A DNA stretch of 64,000 nucleotides from Octopus vulgaris (GCA_951406725.2 OX597833.1:36270001-36334000); one strand, 5' to 3'; positions 33,207 through 48,715 are shown, counted from the stretch's first letter. Notes: generated from the letters alone by a model not told the origin. Made by a program: numbers and translations.

Positions 33207-33416
33207 AACGGGAAGGTTTACGAAAATAAACAAAAGACGAAGGCAGGTGGAGTACAAACAAACAATTGTATTAGTATGGCGCTCAGGAATAGAAATAAAA
33301 CAAGTCTTTTACGTTTCGAGCCTACGCTCTTCGACAGAAAGATACACAGAAAAGAAACAAGGAGAGAAACAAGGAGAGAAAACATTGCGTGTAGGGGCTA
33401 ACGATCCAACATGGCG

Positions 33417-33419
<3 letters not shown>
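33207..33419 (-). mobile_element. Family C element (hammerhead at 33305-33342)
   Basis: Same hammerhead sequence as 1974-2011; (TA)n on both sides. Confidence 0.75.
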
Positions 33420-33473
<54 letters not shown>

Positions 33474-33547
33474 CATATATATACACATGCATACATACAT
33501 ACATACATACATACATACATACATACATACATACATACATACATACA

Positions 33548-33581
<34 letters not shown>

Positions 33582-33589
33582 CATACACC

Positions 33590-33824
33590 TCATGTTGTGC
33601 GTCTGAAGAATGTGCCTTATTTTATAGGGTCAGTTGTGTGGCGATAGTGAAGTGAGGAAGATGCTGACAATGTTAGTTAATGTAACCAATGTATTATTCG
33701 TTCATGGTTTTAGTTCCTATCATGGTTTGGACCTGTTCATAGGGTCTTTTTAAAATTTTCTGTTGAAGCGTTTAGCAAAAGCAGTGAATCTGTGGCCTTC
33801 ATCTTTTTTTTGAGGCTCCCTGTA
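33590..33824. mobile_element. Probable Tc1/mariner terminal fragment
   Basis: Ends TTTTTTGAGGCTCCCTG|TA, a TA-CAGGG-type terminus. No partner end found. Confidence 0.4.
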
Positions 33825-33830
33825 TGCGTC

Positions 33831-33898
<68 letters not shown>

Positions 33899-34449
33899 TA
33901 TGTGTAGATACATAGATAAGTAAATGTATACGTATATACATATTCCTCTCATCCAACTTACACGAATACCTCTCCACTCCGACAAAACTATATACGCACA
34001 TATATTTATATATACCCATATACATGGATGCATGTATATGTATACACACACATATATAAATATAGATAGAGAGAGAGAGAGAGGTAGCTAGATTGCTTGA
34101 TAGATAGGTTCATAGATGTGTATATTTATATGTATAAAGATATATATCAATGTGTGTGCGTATATATATATATATATATATATATTGTGAATTCTCCCTA
34201 CATATTTATATACACATATATATGCACACATTCATACGATATACATATATATGTATGTATATATATATATGTGTTTATATAAATTATATTTATAGATATA
34301 GATTATCTTTATATATGTATATTTATATACATATGAATATAGTATACTATATACACATGTATATATATATATATGTGTGTGTGTGTATCTTAAATAGATA
34401 TGTAGTTAGATATAGACAGACAGACAGAAAGACAGACAGGCAGACAGAC

Positions 34450-34518
<69 letters not shown>

Positions 34519-34639
34519 TCACATTATACGTGTTATTATGCCGTTTTATTATTTTTTCAATGTCCTTTTTTCAGCTTAGAGAAAGAACACCACCACACCC
34601 AGACTATTCTATCATAACTGTCATAGACAACACAGAACG

Positions 34640-35280
34640 ATTGTGTTAGTAGTTAAAAAAAAAGTAAGAAATGCCGCCACCAACCACCACCACCACCAAC
34701 CACCACCACTCCTATCACATCTACAGTCTGCCACTTTTTACCGCCACCACAAACATTATTGCCGTTACCACACAATCACCACCAACGTCTCCACATACAA
34801 CATTCGGCTCTGCCTCAATTATAACCACTTCCACCATCATCGCAGTCCACTAGCAGCAAACACTCACCATCGCCGCCATTATAAGAACCACAATCACCAT
34901 CACCGAAACCGCCACCTGTATCACCTCACCTTCGCCACCGCCTCCACTTACCACCACCAGCTTAACAACTACTGCTACTACTACTACTATGAATACTACC
35001 ATTGCAACCATCTCAACCACTGACGCCGACGACAAATGTACAGATTCTTTCAGTGACTTGCCTGCGTCGAGAAATCCTTTATTACGTCACCCACAGGCAA
35101 AGCAGTCAGTCAACACCGCTGCTGCCGCCGCCACCATCACCACCACCACCACCACCACCACCACCACCACCACCACCATCAACTGTGCAGACACAACACC
35201 AACACAAGCAACACATTCACCACCACTACTACCGTTACTACTATTACTACTATCACCAGAGCAGACATCACCACCACCAA

Positions 35281-35321
<41 letters not shown>

Positions 35322-36250
35322 GGGCAGACATCACCAACACTACCACAACCACTACCACTACTACCACAGACGCCACTGCTACCAGCACTGCGAATATTAC
35401 CACCACTGCAGATTCCTTCAGCCACCTCCATCCGACTGCAAACACAACCACCACCACAATCATCAACGCTGAAATAACTATCACCATTTCTTCTGAAAAC
35501 CATACCACTGCGGGTACCATCCCCATACGACGACAGCAGACGTCGCTACCCTGAACGCCATTTTAAACACCACTAGCACCATAGCCGACACTAGAACCGT
35601 TATTGAACTACAACACCATGTTTGACACTACTATTACCACTATAGCAGTACAAACCGCCACTTCTACCACTCAAACAGCAGAGACCTTTATCACCACTAC
35701 TAGAAACAACTGCCAACACCACCACTACGGCGGGTGCCACCATCACCATTGCAAAAAAAGAATAATGATAATAATAATAAAATAGCCATTACCACTACAA
35801 GCTGACACCACCACCACCACCACCATCAATGCAGACACTACCACCACCACCACCACCATCAATGCAGACACTACCACCACCACCACCACACGACCACTAC
35901 CACCACCATCAATGCAGACACTACCACCACCACCACCATCACCACTACCACCACCACCACCATCACCACTACCACCACCATCAATGCAGACTCTGCCATC
36001 ACTATGACCACCACTATTACAAGACACCAACGCCACCGCCGCTGCTAACAGCATCACCGCTGCCACTGCCACTATTGTTGCCCCAAATAGCGACACCAGC
36101 ACCCACCTACACCACTATGGGACATCATCACCGCCTTCACCGCAGCCACTACCACTACAGATACCACCAACACCAACACCATGGCAGACCTCATTACCAC
36201 CCCCACCACCACCACCACTACTTATGACACATTTATTGCATCATCCATCT
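34640..36250. repeat. ACC/ACT-rich degenerate trinucleotide tract with ~30-bp repeats at 35810-36000
   Basis: CACCATCAATGCAGACACTACCACC repeated about 4 times; source of the poly-H/T/P ORFs. Confidence 0.85.
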
Positions 36251-36714
36251 ACACTGCCCTATCTACACCTCTTCCACCAAGACACTTATGACGTAACTCG
36301 CGTCGCTTACTGCACTTCTAGTAATAGCTCTCTTACACTCTCTTACTCTCTCTCTCGGTCTCTTACTCTCACTCTTTCTCTCTTTCTCGTTCTCTCAGAC
36401 TATCTGCCCTTTATGTTTATCGTTCTCTCTCTCCCTATCTCTCTTCCTCTCTCTCTCTTCTTCCGTCGCTCTCTGTACCTCTCACGGTCGGTTTTGTCTC
36501 ATTCTCTCTATCTCCCTTAGAACCTCTCTCTTTCTCTCTCAGCCTCTCTCTATCTATCTGTTTATCAATCTCTCTATTCCTCTCCTTCTGTTATTATCAC
36601 CTCTACTTCCACTACTCCCACTACTACTTCCGCCAACTTCTCTATAACCACCATCACCACCATCATCATCACAACCAAAACCACCACCGCAACTGATGGC
36701 TTCAGCGAAGGTAC

Positions 36715-37170
36715 CTTGAGACCGCTTGACCTGCTTCAAGTAACAGTCAAATTTCATACAAATCATACCCTACAATCTCAAAACGGTGGAGCATGCTGGA
36801 TATTGCGATCCTAGACATACCATGCCTGAAAAAAACACAAGATCATCACGGCTGGAACGTCTTTTGACCATAATTCAGTTCGATGTGAGCTGATCTCGGA
36901 GTTAAATAGTTCCACTCGTTGATAGCCCCTGTAAGTAGTCACTCGACATGCTAGAAATAACAGCTAAGTCTTCCCCATTATCACATCGTAGCGTCTTAAA
37001 ATGAAAGATACATGATATAAGACGATCTTATATACATTTTCTGAAACAAAGGAGGATGGCCACCACTGAAATGCCTTTTATCATACGGTTACACGTGTAG
37101 AACAACAACAATAATCTAACTAGGAAGCTCTAAATAGTTAGAGTTTAAATGGTCACTCAACATGCAAGAA
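36715..37170 (+). repeat. Old dispersed repeat family G, 2.3 tandem copies of a ~210-bp unit
   Basis: GTCACTCGACATGCTAGAAATAACAGCTAA recurs at ~36938 and 37132 and degenerately at ~36720. Further diverged copies at ~51095-51275 (+) and ~49100-49200 (-). Confidence 0.6.
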
Positions 37171-37419
37171 ATAACAGCTAAATCAAGTGCTTCCTATATT
37201 AAAGTTCACATATCTGTACCCACATTCTACCGGGTGTGGCATATATATTTGCCCATTATTCATTTTATCATAAAATCAAACGTCTTAGGTTTTGGTTAAT
37301 GAAAGTTTGCAGGTTGACTACTTGCAGGATCTTTGAAAATTCCATTGAACGAAAAAAATTGAGAGGAGATATTTAAGAAAACAAGGATGATTTGCACATT
37401 TATTGTATATAAATCTTAT

Positions 37420-38230
<811 letters not shown>

Positions 38231-41200
38231 GGCTTACAAATATTTACAATTGAAAAGGACCACCCTTCGCTTTCACCATAGCCCTTAGTCCTTTTTGAAC
38301 TAAAGGGCATTGCTTACTATGTTTAAATTATGGGTATATGCATATGCGGCACCCAGTAGACCATATCTAAAAAGTGCTATTACATAGATTGGCAGCTAAT
38401 CGCTCATCAACAGGCTACACCTATGAGCTCACAAATGTGCCCGTGTACATTTACAATGGTTCCTCGTTTCCCCGAAGGAGCCCACCCTAAATACGGGTCT
38501 CTCTTTTAATTATTTAATTATTTTTTTACGATACAAATGCTACAATAAACATGCCACATGATCATCCCTCCTCGGGACTTTGAAACACCTCTGATATTCT
38601 GGCGTGTCTCAGCCTTTAAAACTACTCACAGAACATCGGACGCGTCAAGCTCATCAATAGTGGGGGAGGACCATTAGTTTTGTTTCTCTCTTTCTTCTTG
38701 TTCCAACTAAATAATAATTTTTAACGTACACAATAGTGTCCGAATTTTTTGTCGCAGCAGCACCAGCGGTACCACAAATTGCTGAACCAGATGTACTGGA
38801 AAATCCGCCTTGTTCTTACTTTGTGCATATTTGGGAAGAGTTATAACTCTATTTAATGTCCACCTCCACCACTTATTCTTGACTGCGGAACACTAAACAA
38901 TGAAAAGAAAAAAGTTGGCTCCTGCTGGTTTTGAACACAAAATTTGAAGACAAGCAGTACATCAAAATATTTAGACCGGCACCTCTCATAAAGAATGTAT
39001 ATTGAGCTTCGTATCATCTTGTACGTTGAGAAATGTAATGTGATATGAAAATGCTCTTTTCTTCCCTCACCCCAAATCCGGACTAATTTCATTGTTTAGT
39101 CAAAGTCAACACCGATGGAGCAGTTAATTGACCAAAAGCTTTCCAGCCGCAAACGTCATTAGGTTTTTTTTTTTGGGGGGGGGGGTTGCTGTTTTTTTCT
39201 TTTTCTCCTTTTATCTAACTGATGGTGTTCGGCAAAAGTCCCATTTGGTATATTTGCTACTCGTGGCAAAAACCACCTGAAGGTTATTTCTAATATCTGG
39301 AAAATTTCAAAGACTAATAGTGTCCGAAATTTTTGTAGCACCATCGGTACCACAATTTGCTGAACTAGATGTGCTGTAAAATTCGCCTTGTTCTTAGTCC
39401 TAAATGCGAACGACATCAGAGCACCCTTTTCCACTTCAGAGATGGCGAAGGCAATCACCTCATGCCCGATCCGGAAAAAAAAACCCCCAGCAATCAAGCA
39501 CCCTGTCTTCCTACCATAACGAACAGCAATAGTACCATTTCTTCTTTTTATGATATGGGGAGATAATGGAATCGAACAAAATTTTCGAATAGAAAAACGT
39601 TTACCTCAAAAAGTAAAGTTAACCGCAGCAGAAAACAATAAAAGGAAAAGATAATGAACCTCTCCCTCTGAACAACAACGACGTTTCACAACGACGTGGA
39701 AGATGATGAATGGGTTTATGAAGACCTTCGGCGATCAATCCAACGTCTCATAAGACAAAAAAAAAACAGATTTGTGCTCCGACAGGCGGCGTTGCTCGGA
39801 AATATTATTTGAAGAAGTTTAGGATATATGAAACATTCTAAAAAGTCTGCAGTAAAAAGGGTTTTCGAGGGTATCGGCTATTATATGAAACTATCTACTC
39901 TAAAATTTATAATGGACATTGGGTACATGTGTGACACGTACCAGACTTGCTGGGTTAGCAGAGATGTAAATATTCAACCTTGCTAGTGGTTTCTCATCCT
40001 TGTGAGAACTCTTAAAATTTTTCTATTTGAATTATATCCTATTTTAAATATTATCTATTTATTTGTCTGTGTATTTATTTGTATGCGTATATAAACAGTT
40101 AGCTTGACGCCGTGTTTAATAGTGCAACCGCTTTCAGTCCTTCCCGTGTTTATATATGACATATTTGTCTCATATGTCACGTTTCTTTATAATATTTATT
40201 GTTTCTTATAAAGGCTTGTGGTTAATAAAGAAGCAATTATTGCTGCTGCTGATGCTGCTGCTGTTGTTGTTGTCGTTGCTTCTTGCTTTAGTAACATGTC
40301 TTTATTTGTGCTCCGGTCTAAGAATTAGATTTTGCGAGTCTCGCAAAAAGCTGGATTGTTATTTATGCGTATTATTACGTGGAATCAATATTCATTCAAT
40401 GCCGCCAGATTCTTCCTTTATTCTTTATTTTTTTGTATGCCATATTTATGAGAAAAAAGATATTTTGAAAGTATCTTTTTTTTTTTGCTAGGCCACATCT
40501 TTGCAAAACGTCGAACGGATACGCCTCCTCAACGAACAAAAATGTCACAGAGACAACGCACAGAAAGAAAAAAAAAACGTAAAAATGAAAACACAGACAT
40601 AAAAAAAAATGATGTGCCTGGTATTACTGAAACACAACAGGTTTATTTGAAGCGTTACTTTGAAGCGTATAATGGCAGTGGTAAACAATAGAAACACACA
40701 ACTTTTGATGCGCATATTCGATAACGTCGCTTCAAAGAAGCAAATTTTAAACTTGAACAGGTTTCTCTTGGTGACACAAATTTTGGTAAGACTGTACTTA
40801 AAAATCTCTATCTTCTAGCCCCAATACGTTCTCCAAGAAGGGGAAAAGAAAAAAACAGAACTGCACCGTCTGTGTAAGCTTTTTTTAAAATTAATTGAAA
40901 CAGGTGCTACCAATGTACAGAACGGTATTTTGTCAAATGAACGAAACCACGTATCCATATCCATCCATACATATGTACCACAATAAACGGGTTAATGCGA
41001 CGCAAGGTGATTGAAGGGTATTGTTGAGGGCATTAAACTCCGGCACAATGTCGTCTTTGTTGTACAACAATCGGTGGATTGTGCGGGAGGAAGTGACATA
41101 GAATGACATGTGGTCGAGGAGGATCAGTATGAATTTGCAAGTTCTTTTAATATCATAAATCTACGAGACCGTTCCATTCCTTGTCATGGATGCTGAAATA

Positions 41201-41524
41201 TAACATGTAATATCGACGGTGCATGGCAGAAGGCTCAGCTAAAATATTTGTGAATGACCAAAGTTCAGGAGACTTTTTAAAAATCACACACAGGTTACTG
41301 TTCCAATAGCACCGTCAGTTGCAGTGACGGGACTGATCGGCTCATTTTAGAAGTACCAGCATCCTGTAAAAAGTACTCACTCTATGAGGTCATATGGCTT
41401 GATGTGGCCGGTTAAAATTTAAAGCCGTGTTGGAAGAGATGCCAACAATATCAACAATGATAACAACGACAATGACAATGATGATAAACGACGACGAGGA
41501 GGATGAGGAGGAGGAGAAGGGGAT

Positions 41525-41660
41525 TGCGGCATTTTTTCGGCTTCTTTATGTTGTGTGTTCAAAAGCCGTCAACTTTGCATTTAGGTCGATAAAATAAAGA
41601 GCCAATCGAAATACTGGGGTAAATGGTTTCGACTAGCCTCCTACCCTCAAAATGATGATA
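41525..41660 (+). mobile_element. Degenerate SINE family B
   Basis: GTCAACTTTGC...GGTCGATAAAATAAAGAGCCAATCGAAATACTGGGGT. Confidence 0.6.
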
Positions 41661-44369
41661 TTGCTTATAATACTATTAAATTTTACTAAAGTTACATTAG
41701 ATAAAACACTTATCACTATCGCCTGCTCTTTTCTTCCTTTTTATCAAATGGTCAAACATATCAAAGAAGGAAAAAAGCAATAAAAGTAGTTTCTTCTACT
41801 AACCACAAAAGTCGGGATTACCTCGGAAGCATAGAGGAAAGCAACAAACAGTAAGAGGTCTTACATCGAGTAAAAGAACACATTGATAAGTTGATTATAA
41901 TAAATAGCAGCAACGGTACAACGCAAAAATAAGAACATGAGAAAGACCTCACCAAATGGGTTGGCAATTACATCGATTGAATCGCGCATCCCACACTTAA
42001 CCCCTGATTGCTTGGACACACCTAAGGTATATAATTTCAACCAATACTTACCACTGGCTTTCAGGTAGTATAGTTAGACTCAATTAGTCATGCAACATTC
42101 ATTTCTTTCACTTGTATCCCTACTTGTATCTGCCTATTCAAAAGGTACTTGAAACCGTTGATGCGGTCTTGTTCTAAGAACAAAAGCAGTGTTCTCAAAC
42201 CTTTCAGCCACATCCACCACACAATCTCCATCACCACAGCCTCCAGAGAGAAGACTTCCTGCCCTTCTTTGCCAAATGAAGGCAGTATTTAATTCTTTAC
42301 GATATACTCAACGGATATCCGGTATAATTCCGCATGTGATAGCTTTTCATCATAAAACCCACAATCAGTAATGCACGAACATTAAACGAGTGCATAGCAA
42401 ACATTTTTATTACCGTACACGAACTTGAATGTCCTTTAGAGTGACTATTCAGACAGTACCTGTCAATGACATTCCCAAAGCATCCTCATTCGTGTTCCGT
42501 AGCAATCCTCGATAAGATTCGAGTTAATTTACCGGTGTCTGTATGCCCCCCGCCCTAGCAGGGTGCACTGAGCACTTGGTGACATACAAGATGCCAAACG
42601 TCCAACCTTGGTCTGCGCTTGACCCAGGGCTGTAGCTGGAGCTACGGAAAAGTTTGTCGTTTGAATGGCAACCACACATCTGTTAACTACTGGTAGAAGT
42701 GTCAGCCTTACTGCTTGAACATTGTCAACCACAATATCGGAGTGCAGTCACAAAAGTGGCTAACCCGCAAGGGCTTGCCTCTTTCCGGACCAAGACGCAA
42801 GCTTACCAACTTGTCATAATTAATACATAATCCTAATATCTCCTAGTATTACTCCGGTATGAGGCAAACCACCTCCGTTCCGCATTTGTCATCGTCTACA
42901 CACGCAGACAAGGATCTTTCCTGACTTTCAGTTCGAGCAGGATACTAACGAATGTCTCCAACCACTTCTACAAAGTGTCAATCACCAAAATATACTGAAG
43001 AGATTAGTGAAGCCATTCTGAAAATCGAACATGCAATGAGGAATAGTTTCTATGGGTGGCCATTCATTTTCACAACCAAACAGATGTTGTTGCACATGTA
43101 ACCTAAACTTTGAAGATGTGGTTGAAACGGCTACTTTTAAGACAGGTACCAAGTAGTAACGGCTAACTCCATCAACTACTATTGAGAGGATGAGCTATTC
43201 CATTGATCTAAATTGATAAGAACCCCATTGAAACCATATCTAGAGCCAACCCACTCTTCAGGTTCATTAACTCTAGTTAATGAACCTGAAATTGTTTTTC
43301 ATGTCTTCTTAATTAGCAACATCACATTTTGCCCCAGGCGACATGAGCTATTCCTAGTCAGCTGGGCAGCTAAGCAATGATAGAATCGCCATACTATCCA
43401 GGCAATTTACTCATTGCACAGCTGAGACGCATTCACTCTATCGTCTGCTAAAATCAGATTTCATGGCACTCTGCATCATCAACCGAGAGTTGCAACAGAC
43501 CGTAAGAAGTGAACATCGAAATCCACTCTCCTCAATTTCCACTCTCTTCGTAAACAGTTCGGCCATGTGTTGTTGAACAGCTGCGCACATCTACTTGGTC
43601 TGCTAAAGATCGAAGTGTCATTTTGTAGTCACGTTGCGTCTCTGCCATCTGCTCTCATCTAACAGTGATTGCTACCTCGTTTATCAGAACTCGTGTTCTA
43701 ATATAAACAATGCATCCTACGAGCTGTTTAACTCTTCTAATCGATCGAATCGCAGCTTCTCAACTTTGCTGCTCCCTTTCACTACATCTTTGCTATGAAC
43801 ACTTTTCCCCATTATTCATAACTTGCAAAAACTTTCTATTCTTGCTTTTTAATTCGCTAATATGATCCCTGAAATCTTTCTAGCACTCAGTTCTCTCCCA
43901 CCATCTGGTTCTAGGAGCCTTTAGTGAAGTTCTATCTGTTGCATGCATTTGGTCTAGGTTTCCAGTCTGCAGACAACTTCATCCGTTCTTTTCAGTTGTC
44001 TTGAAGGTTCTGAAAAATGTCATTGGCACTGCCTTTTCTCCTCTGACTAAATCCTGAAAATAAATAGAATAAATATAACAAAGCAAAAAAATAATAATTA
44101 ACTATTAGCGACTGTATCAATACCAAAAGGTAATATTTATATCCAACTTAACGTGGACGCCTTGTTTTCGGTGTTCTAACAAAATATTCATGATAAATTG
44201 GATATAATGATCTTCACATAACTATTCAAACCAAAAAAATAATATACGTTCATACATACAGGAATGCATGCATACATACATATATATATGTATATACACA
44301 CATACACACACGTACGCACACGCACGCATACCCATACACACACGTATATATGTATGTGTATATATGTGT

Positions 44370-44419
<50 letters not shown>

Positions 44420-44425
<6 letters not shown>

Positions 44426-44568
44426 GTGGCTGTGTGGTAAGTAGCTTGCTTACGAACCACATGGTTCCGGGTTCAGTCCCACAGTGTGGCACCTTGGGCA
44501 AGTGTCTTCTACTATAGCCTCGGGCCGACCAAAGCCTTGTGAGTGGATTTGGTAGACGGAAACTGAAA
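44420..44568 (+). mobile_element. SINE family A, 5' part
   Basis: GTGGCTGTGTGGTAAGTAGC...GACGGAAACTGAAA, fused directly to the Helitron fragment. Confidence 0.9.
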
Positions 44569-44571
44569 CGC

Positions 44572-45040
44572 TTGATAGAGGTAGTAGAGAGCCAATCCGA
44601 TGATAAATCTGACCTTGGACCTTGAAAGTTTGCATGAATCCTGGCTCAGTTAAATCTCTTGTGGCTCCAAATGATGTCATTTGTAGTGCATTTGTTTTGG
44701 GAGTGCTTGGAAACTTGGTCAGTTGATGACAACAGTTTCTTCAATGGCTCTGGAGGTTGAGGGATTGCAGGGAGTTTAACCTTTCCACCACAACAGCACA
44801 GTGCATGTGGCACTCCAGGCCACTTCCTTGCTTTGCAATGTATGTACTCAGTTGTCATTGCACCAATGGAAACTCTAGTGTCATCTGCATTATGAACTAC
44901 TGGATCATAATTGAAAGCTGCTTCGTAGAAATTGCTTCTCTGCTCTTCGTTCTGCAGAGGAGATCCTAATCCTTGTCAGCCGTGCATACCTGTTCATCAC
45001 TTTGAGCTGCTCTGGCTTTTGTAGTGCACAGTCTGTTTGT
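44572..45040 (-). pseudogene. Helitron Rep/helicase N-terminal fragment
   Basis: EAAFNYDP...SIGAMTTEYIHCKARKWPG...CCCGGKVKLP...PPEPLKKLL...QMTSFGA...GFMQTFKVQGQIYHRIGSLLP, the diagnostic Helitron zinc-finger/N-terminal motifs. Confidence 0.9.
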
Positions 45041-45067
45041 TTCTTGATGTGCTTCCCTTTCTACACA

Positions 45068-45139
<72 letters not shown>

Positions 45140-45344
45140 TTTACAGAGACATTCTTTTGGCTGACCTTGAAATTGTAGACAAGTTTGACACTTTCCTTCA
45201 AGGCATGGTTATATACATATACAGAAATACATGGGTGCAGAACATAGTAAACAATGAAAGTAACTGGGTAACGGAAATTATGTATCTTAATACGACGGGC
45301 AGAAAGTAAATAAGAAATTTATACGGAAAATAAAGAATTGTACG

Positions 45345-45805
45345 GCTTGCTTCCCAACCACTTAATTCCGGGTTCATTCGCACTGCGTAGCAGTCTGGCA
45401 AGTTTCTTCAACTATAGTCACGGGCCGATCAAAGCCTTGTGAGTGGATTTGGTAGATGGAAACTGAAAGAAACCCGTCGTGTATATATATTCTGTGTACG
45501 TATATATGTATGTACGTATGTATGTATGTATGTATGTATGTATGTATGTATGTATGTATGTATGTATGTATCAAACTATCTATCTATCTATCTATGTTTG
45601 TGTCTTTCTGCCGGTATTTGTCACCCTCATCATCGCTTGATAACTGGTGTTGGTGTGTTTACGTCCCCGTAACTTAGCGGTTGGGCAAAGAGACCGATAG
45701 AATGAGTATTAGGCTTAAAAATACGTCCTGGGGTCGAATTGTTCAACAAAAACACTATAAATCGGTGCTCCACCAGTCAAGTGACTGAAAAAAGTAAGAG
45801 AATAA
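45345..45805 (+). mobile_element. SINE family A, diverged and nearly full-length
   Basis: Both halves are present around an internal (TATG)n. Confidence 0.8.
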
Positions 45806-45824
45806 AACAATATATGAATACAGC

Positions 45825-46182
45825 CGACGGGCTTCTTTCAGTTTCCGTTTATCAAATTCAGTCACAAAGTTTTGGTTGGCTCGAAGCTATAGAAGATACG
45901 TACCCAAGGTGCTGCGCAGTAAGACTGAACTCGGAATTATTGCTGAGAGAAGCAATCGTCTGTGGGTCTATTTCAGCCGCCATCCCCACTATTCTTCAAC
46001 ATGTATAAATCCATTCGACGGGTATTTCCTAGTTTCCCTCTACCATATCCACTCACAAGGCTTTGGTCGACCCAAGACTATACTAGAAGACACTTTCCCA
46101 AAGTGCCACGCGCTGGGACTGAACACGGAACTATGTAGTTGGGTGAGGCAAGCTTCTTACCACACAGCCATGCCTGCGCCTT
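45825..46182 (-). mobile_element. Two SINE family A 5' halves
   Basis: CGACGGGCTTCTTTCAGTTTCCG... at 45825 and CGACGGG...CACACAGCCATGCCTGCGCCT at 46016-46182. Confidence 0.8.
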
Positions 46183-46720
46183 AATAAAGATTCCTTAACT
46201 ACAACTAGTATACTAGTGCCCGCTTTAACTATTACGTTTTTAAGCAGTTGTCGTCCCTGAGTTCGCCCCTTCCCCATCATTCTTCATATATAAATACACA
46301 CTCTGTCTCGCGCGCATAGACGTTATCAGCACTATGGCACTGCATGCGATCAAACCTTCCCCCAACACTCCACCTCAATCACTGCTCCTTTATCTAATCT
46401 CCTAACAAGGGTGACTGAGGAGGGAGGTATAAGTGTGTGAGTGTAGGGAAGGGGTAAGAACTGAGGGTGAGGTGGCAGTGGGGGGAGGATTGTCTGTATA
46501 ATTTTTAACGGGAAAACCAGAAAATGCCATAAACTAAAAGATTAAGCAAGCTTCAATGGCTGGGTTGACAGTTGTATAGTTATAGCGTCTGTGTTGATTG
46601 TATATACAGACCGTTGTACTGCTTGCTGTTATGGGGGCTTTGCTTGATGTGCTGTGTATGTGTTTGCGTGTAAGCGTGTATGTTTGCAAGTACATATACA
46701 CGCGCGCACATACATAGATG

Positions 46721-46794
<74 letters not shown>

Positions 46795-47032
46795 CACATA
46801 TGCATACGTCCATACATACATAATGCATACACACACACCCACACACATATATATACATATAAGTATATACATACATATATATATATACATATGCATATAT
46901 ATATATATATACACACGCACACATATATAGAGGCATACACACACATATAGATGTATATATATATATGTAAATGGTCTCAGTCTAATAACTGAAAGAAAAG
47001 AAATATATATGTGTGTGTATATATGTATGTAT

Positions 47033-47063
<31 letters not shown>

Positions 47064-47067
47064 AAGA

Positions 47068-47290
47068 TCTTTTATCTTTTATTTGTTTTAGTCATTAGAC
47101 TGCGGCCACGCTGGGGCACCGCCTTGAAGAATTTTAGTTGAACGAATCGACCCCAGTACTATTATTTTAAGCTTGTAGTCATTCTGTCGCCTCTTTTGCC
47201 GAACTGCAAAGTTACGGGGACCTAAACACACCACAACCGGTTGTCAAGCAGTGGTAGAGGACAAATAGGGACACAAATACTCACATACAC
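47068..47290 (-). mobile_element. SINE family A, 3' half
   Basis: TTTAGTCATTAGACTGCGGCC...CGGTTGTCAAGC. Confidence 0.8.
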
Positions 47291-47340
47291 ACACACACAC
47301 ACAAGCATAGTGATAGATAGACATACATACATACATACAT

Positions 47341-47375
<35 letters not shown>

Positions 47376-47376
47376 T

Positions 47377-47552
<176 letters not shown>

Positions 47553-47749
47553 GTAGCTAGGTATGTAGGTAGGTAGGTAGATAGGTAGGTAGGTACATAG
47601 GTAAGTAGGTTGATTAGTTATAGAGCCCATTAGAATCTAAGCACCTCGACACATAGGACACCAGGACTGGTTAGGTAACATAACTCTGAGTTCACAGTGA
47701 GGTAAAGCCAACCACGCGGTGTGATGTGTTGGTAGTTTATTGCAAGTAA

Positions 47750-47789
<40 letters not shown>

Positions 47790-47989
47790 AAGGGCAAAAT
47801 TAATTGATTAATTAATAATTAATAATTTTACCAAGTGGTTCTGTATGTTAAAAGAACCATTATCGGTAATCTTATACAAAATTCTATAATTATGAGTATA
47901 ATTATAATTAAGGTTCAGCAAAAATTTGCTTCACCACATACCGAAATTTAGAAATAGCAGCTAAAACTAACTATTTCACTACCATAAGA

Positions 47990-48715
47990 AAATCTGCAGT
48001 ATGAGTACGGGTGTTGTGTTGGAACACGTGATTCCGATGACGGGCAATGTATGGCATAATGTGAGGCCTCAACACTGGGTCGATGTAGCGAGCAGCGGTT
48101 ACTCCATTGCCACGGCCTTGGCCGATGTTTTGGAAGATCACTGGTCCAAGTTGAATGCAATCCCGACCCATACCATGATGCTCTGTCCGCCCTATGAGTC
48201 TCCACCACACAGCCATCGGCATGACGTCCACCCCTTCTTCTCCAAACCCTGAGGTCTATCACAGAAATGCAATATCGACTTTCCCCAGAGAAGACCACAG
48301 TCCTCCAGTGCTGATATCGCTAGTTCTGAAGATTTTGGTCCCACTGCAGACGTGCCCGTCGATGACGATCTGTGAGGGTGGAGCCCCTAGTTCGACAAGA
48401 CAGATTGAAAGATCTCAGCCGGCGGCGAAGTGTCTCTACACAAATGGATCTGTGGTGAGTCCCTATGGTCTACCTAGCTGATTCCGTTACCCTCCAGAAT
48501 CGGTCCTGTATGTGCTGTCGGTGCAGGTGGCGATCTTGACGTGCTGTTTTAACCCTCAGTCGACCACTGCTTGGGCGATCATCCATGCTGTTTGTGGCAT
48601 TGTAGTGTTCTCTCAGCAGCTCAATTGTCCGACTAGTGAAATGCCCCATAGTCGTTGATCAGCATGAAGACGTCCGATGTATTGCTCCCCACTCATTTCG
48701 TGTCAGTCTCGGCAT
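47990..48715 (-). pseudogene. Tc1-family transposase remnant
   Basis: Starts MPRLT; contains DDRPSSGRLRVKTARQDR, VFSGESRYC, RVWRRRG, SIMVW and VTAARYIDPVLRPHIMP...VFQHN.RTHTA. Frameshifted and 3'-truncated. Confidence 0.85.

Noticed and set aside
34989-36227. Mucin-like or His-rich ORFs
   Set aside because: Degenerate (ACC)n sequence is open in several frames on both strands, with no consistent frame.
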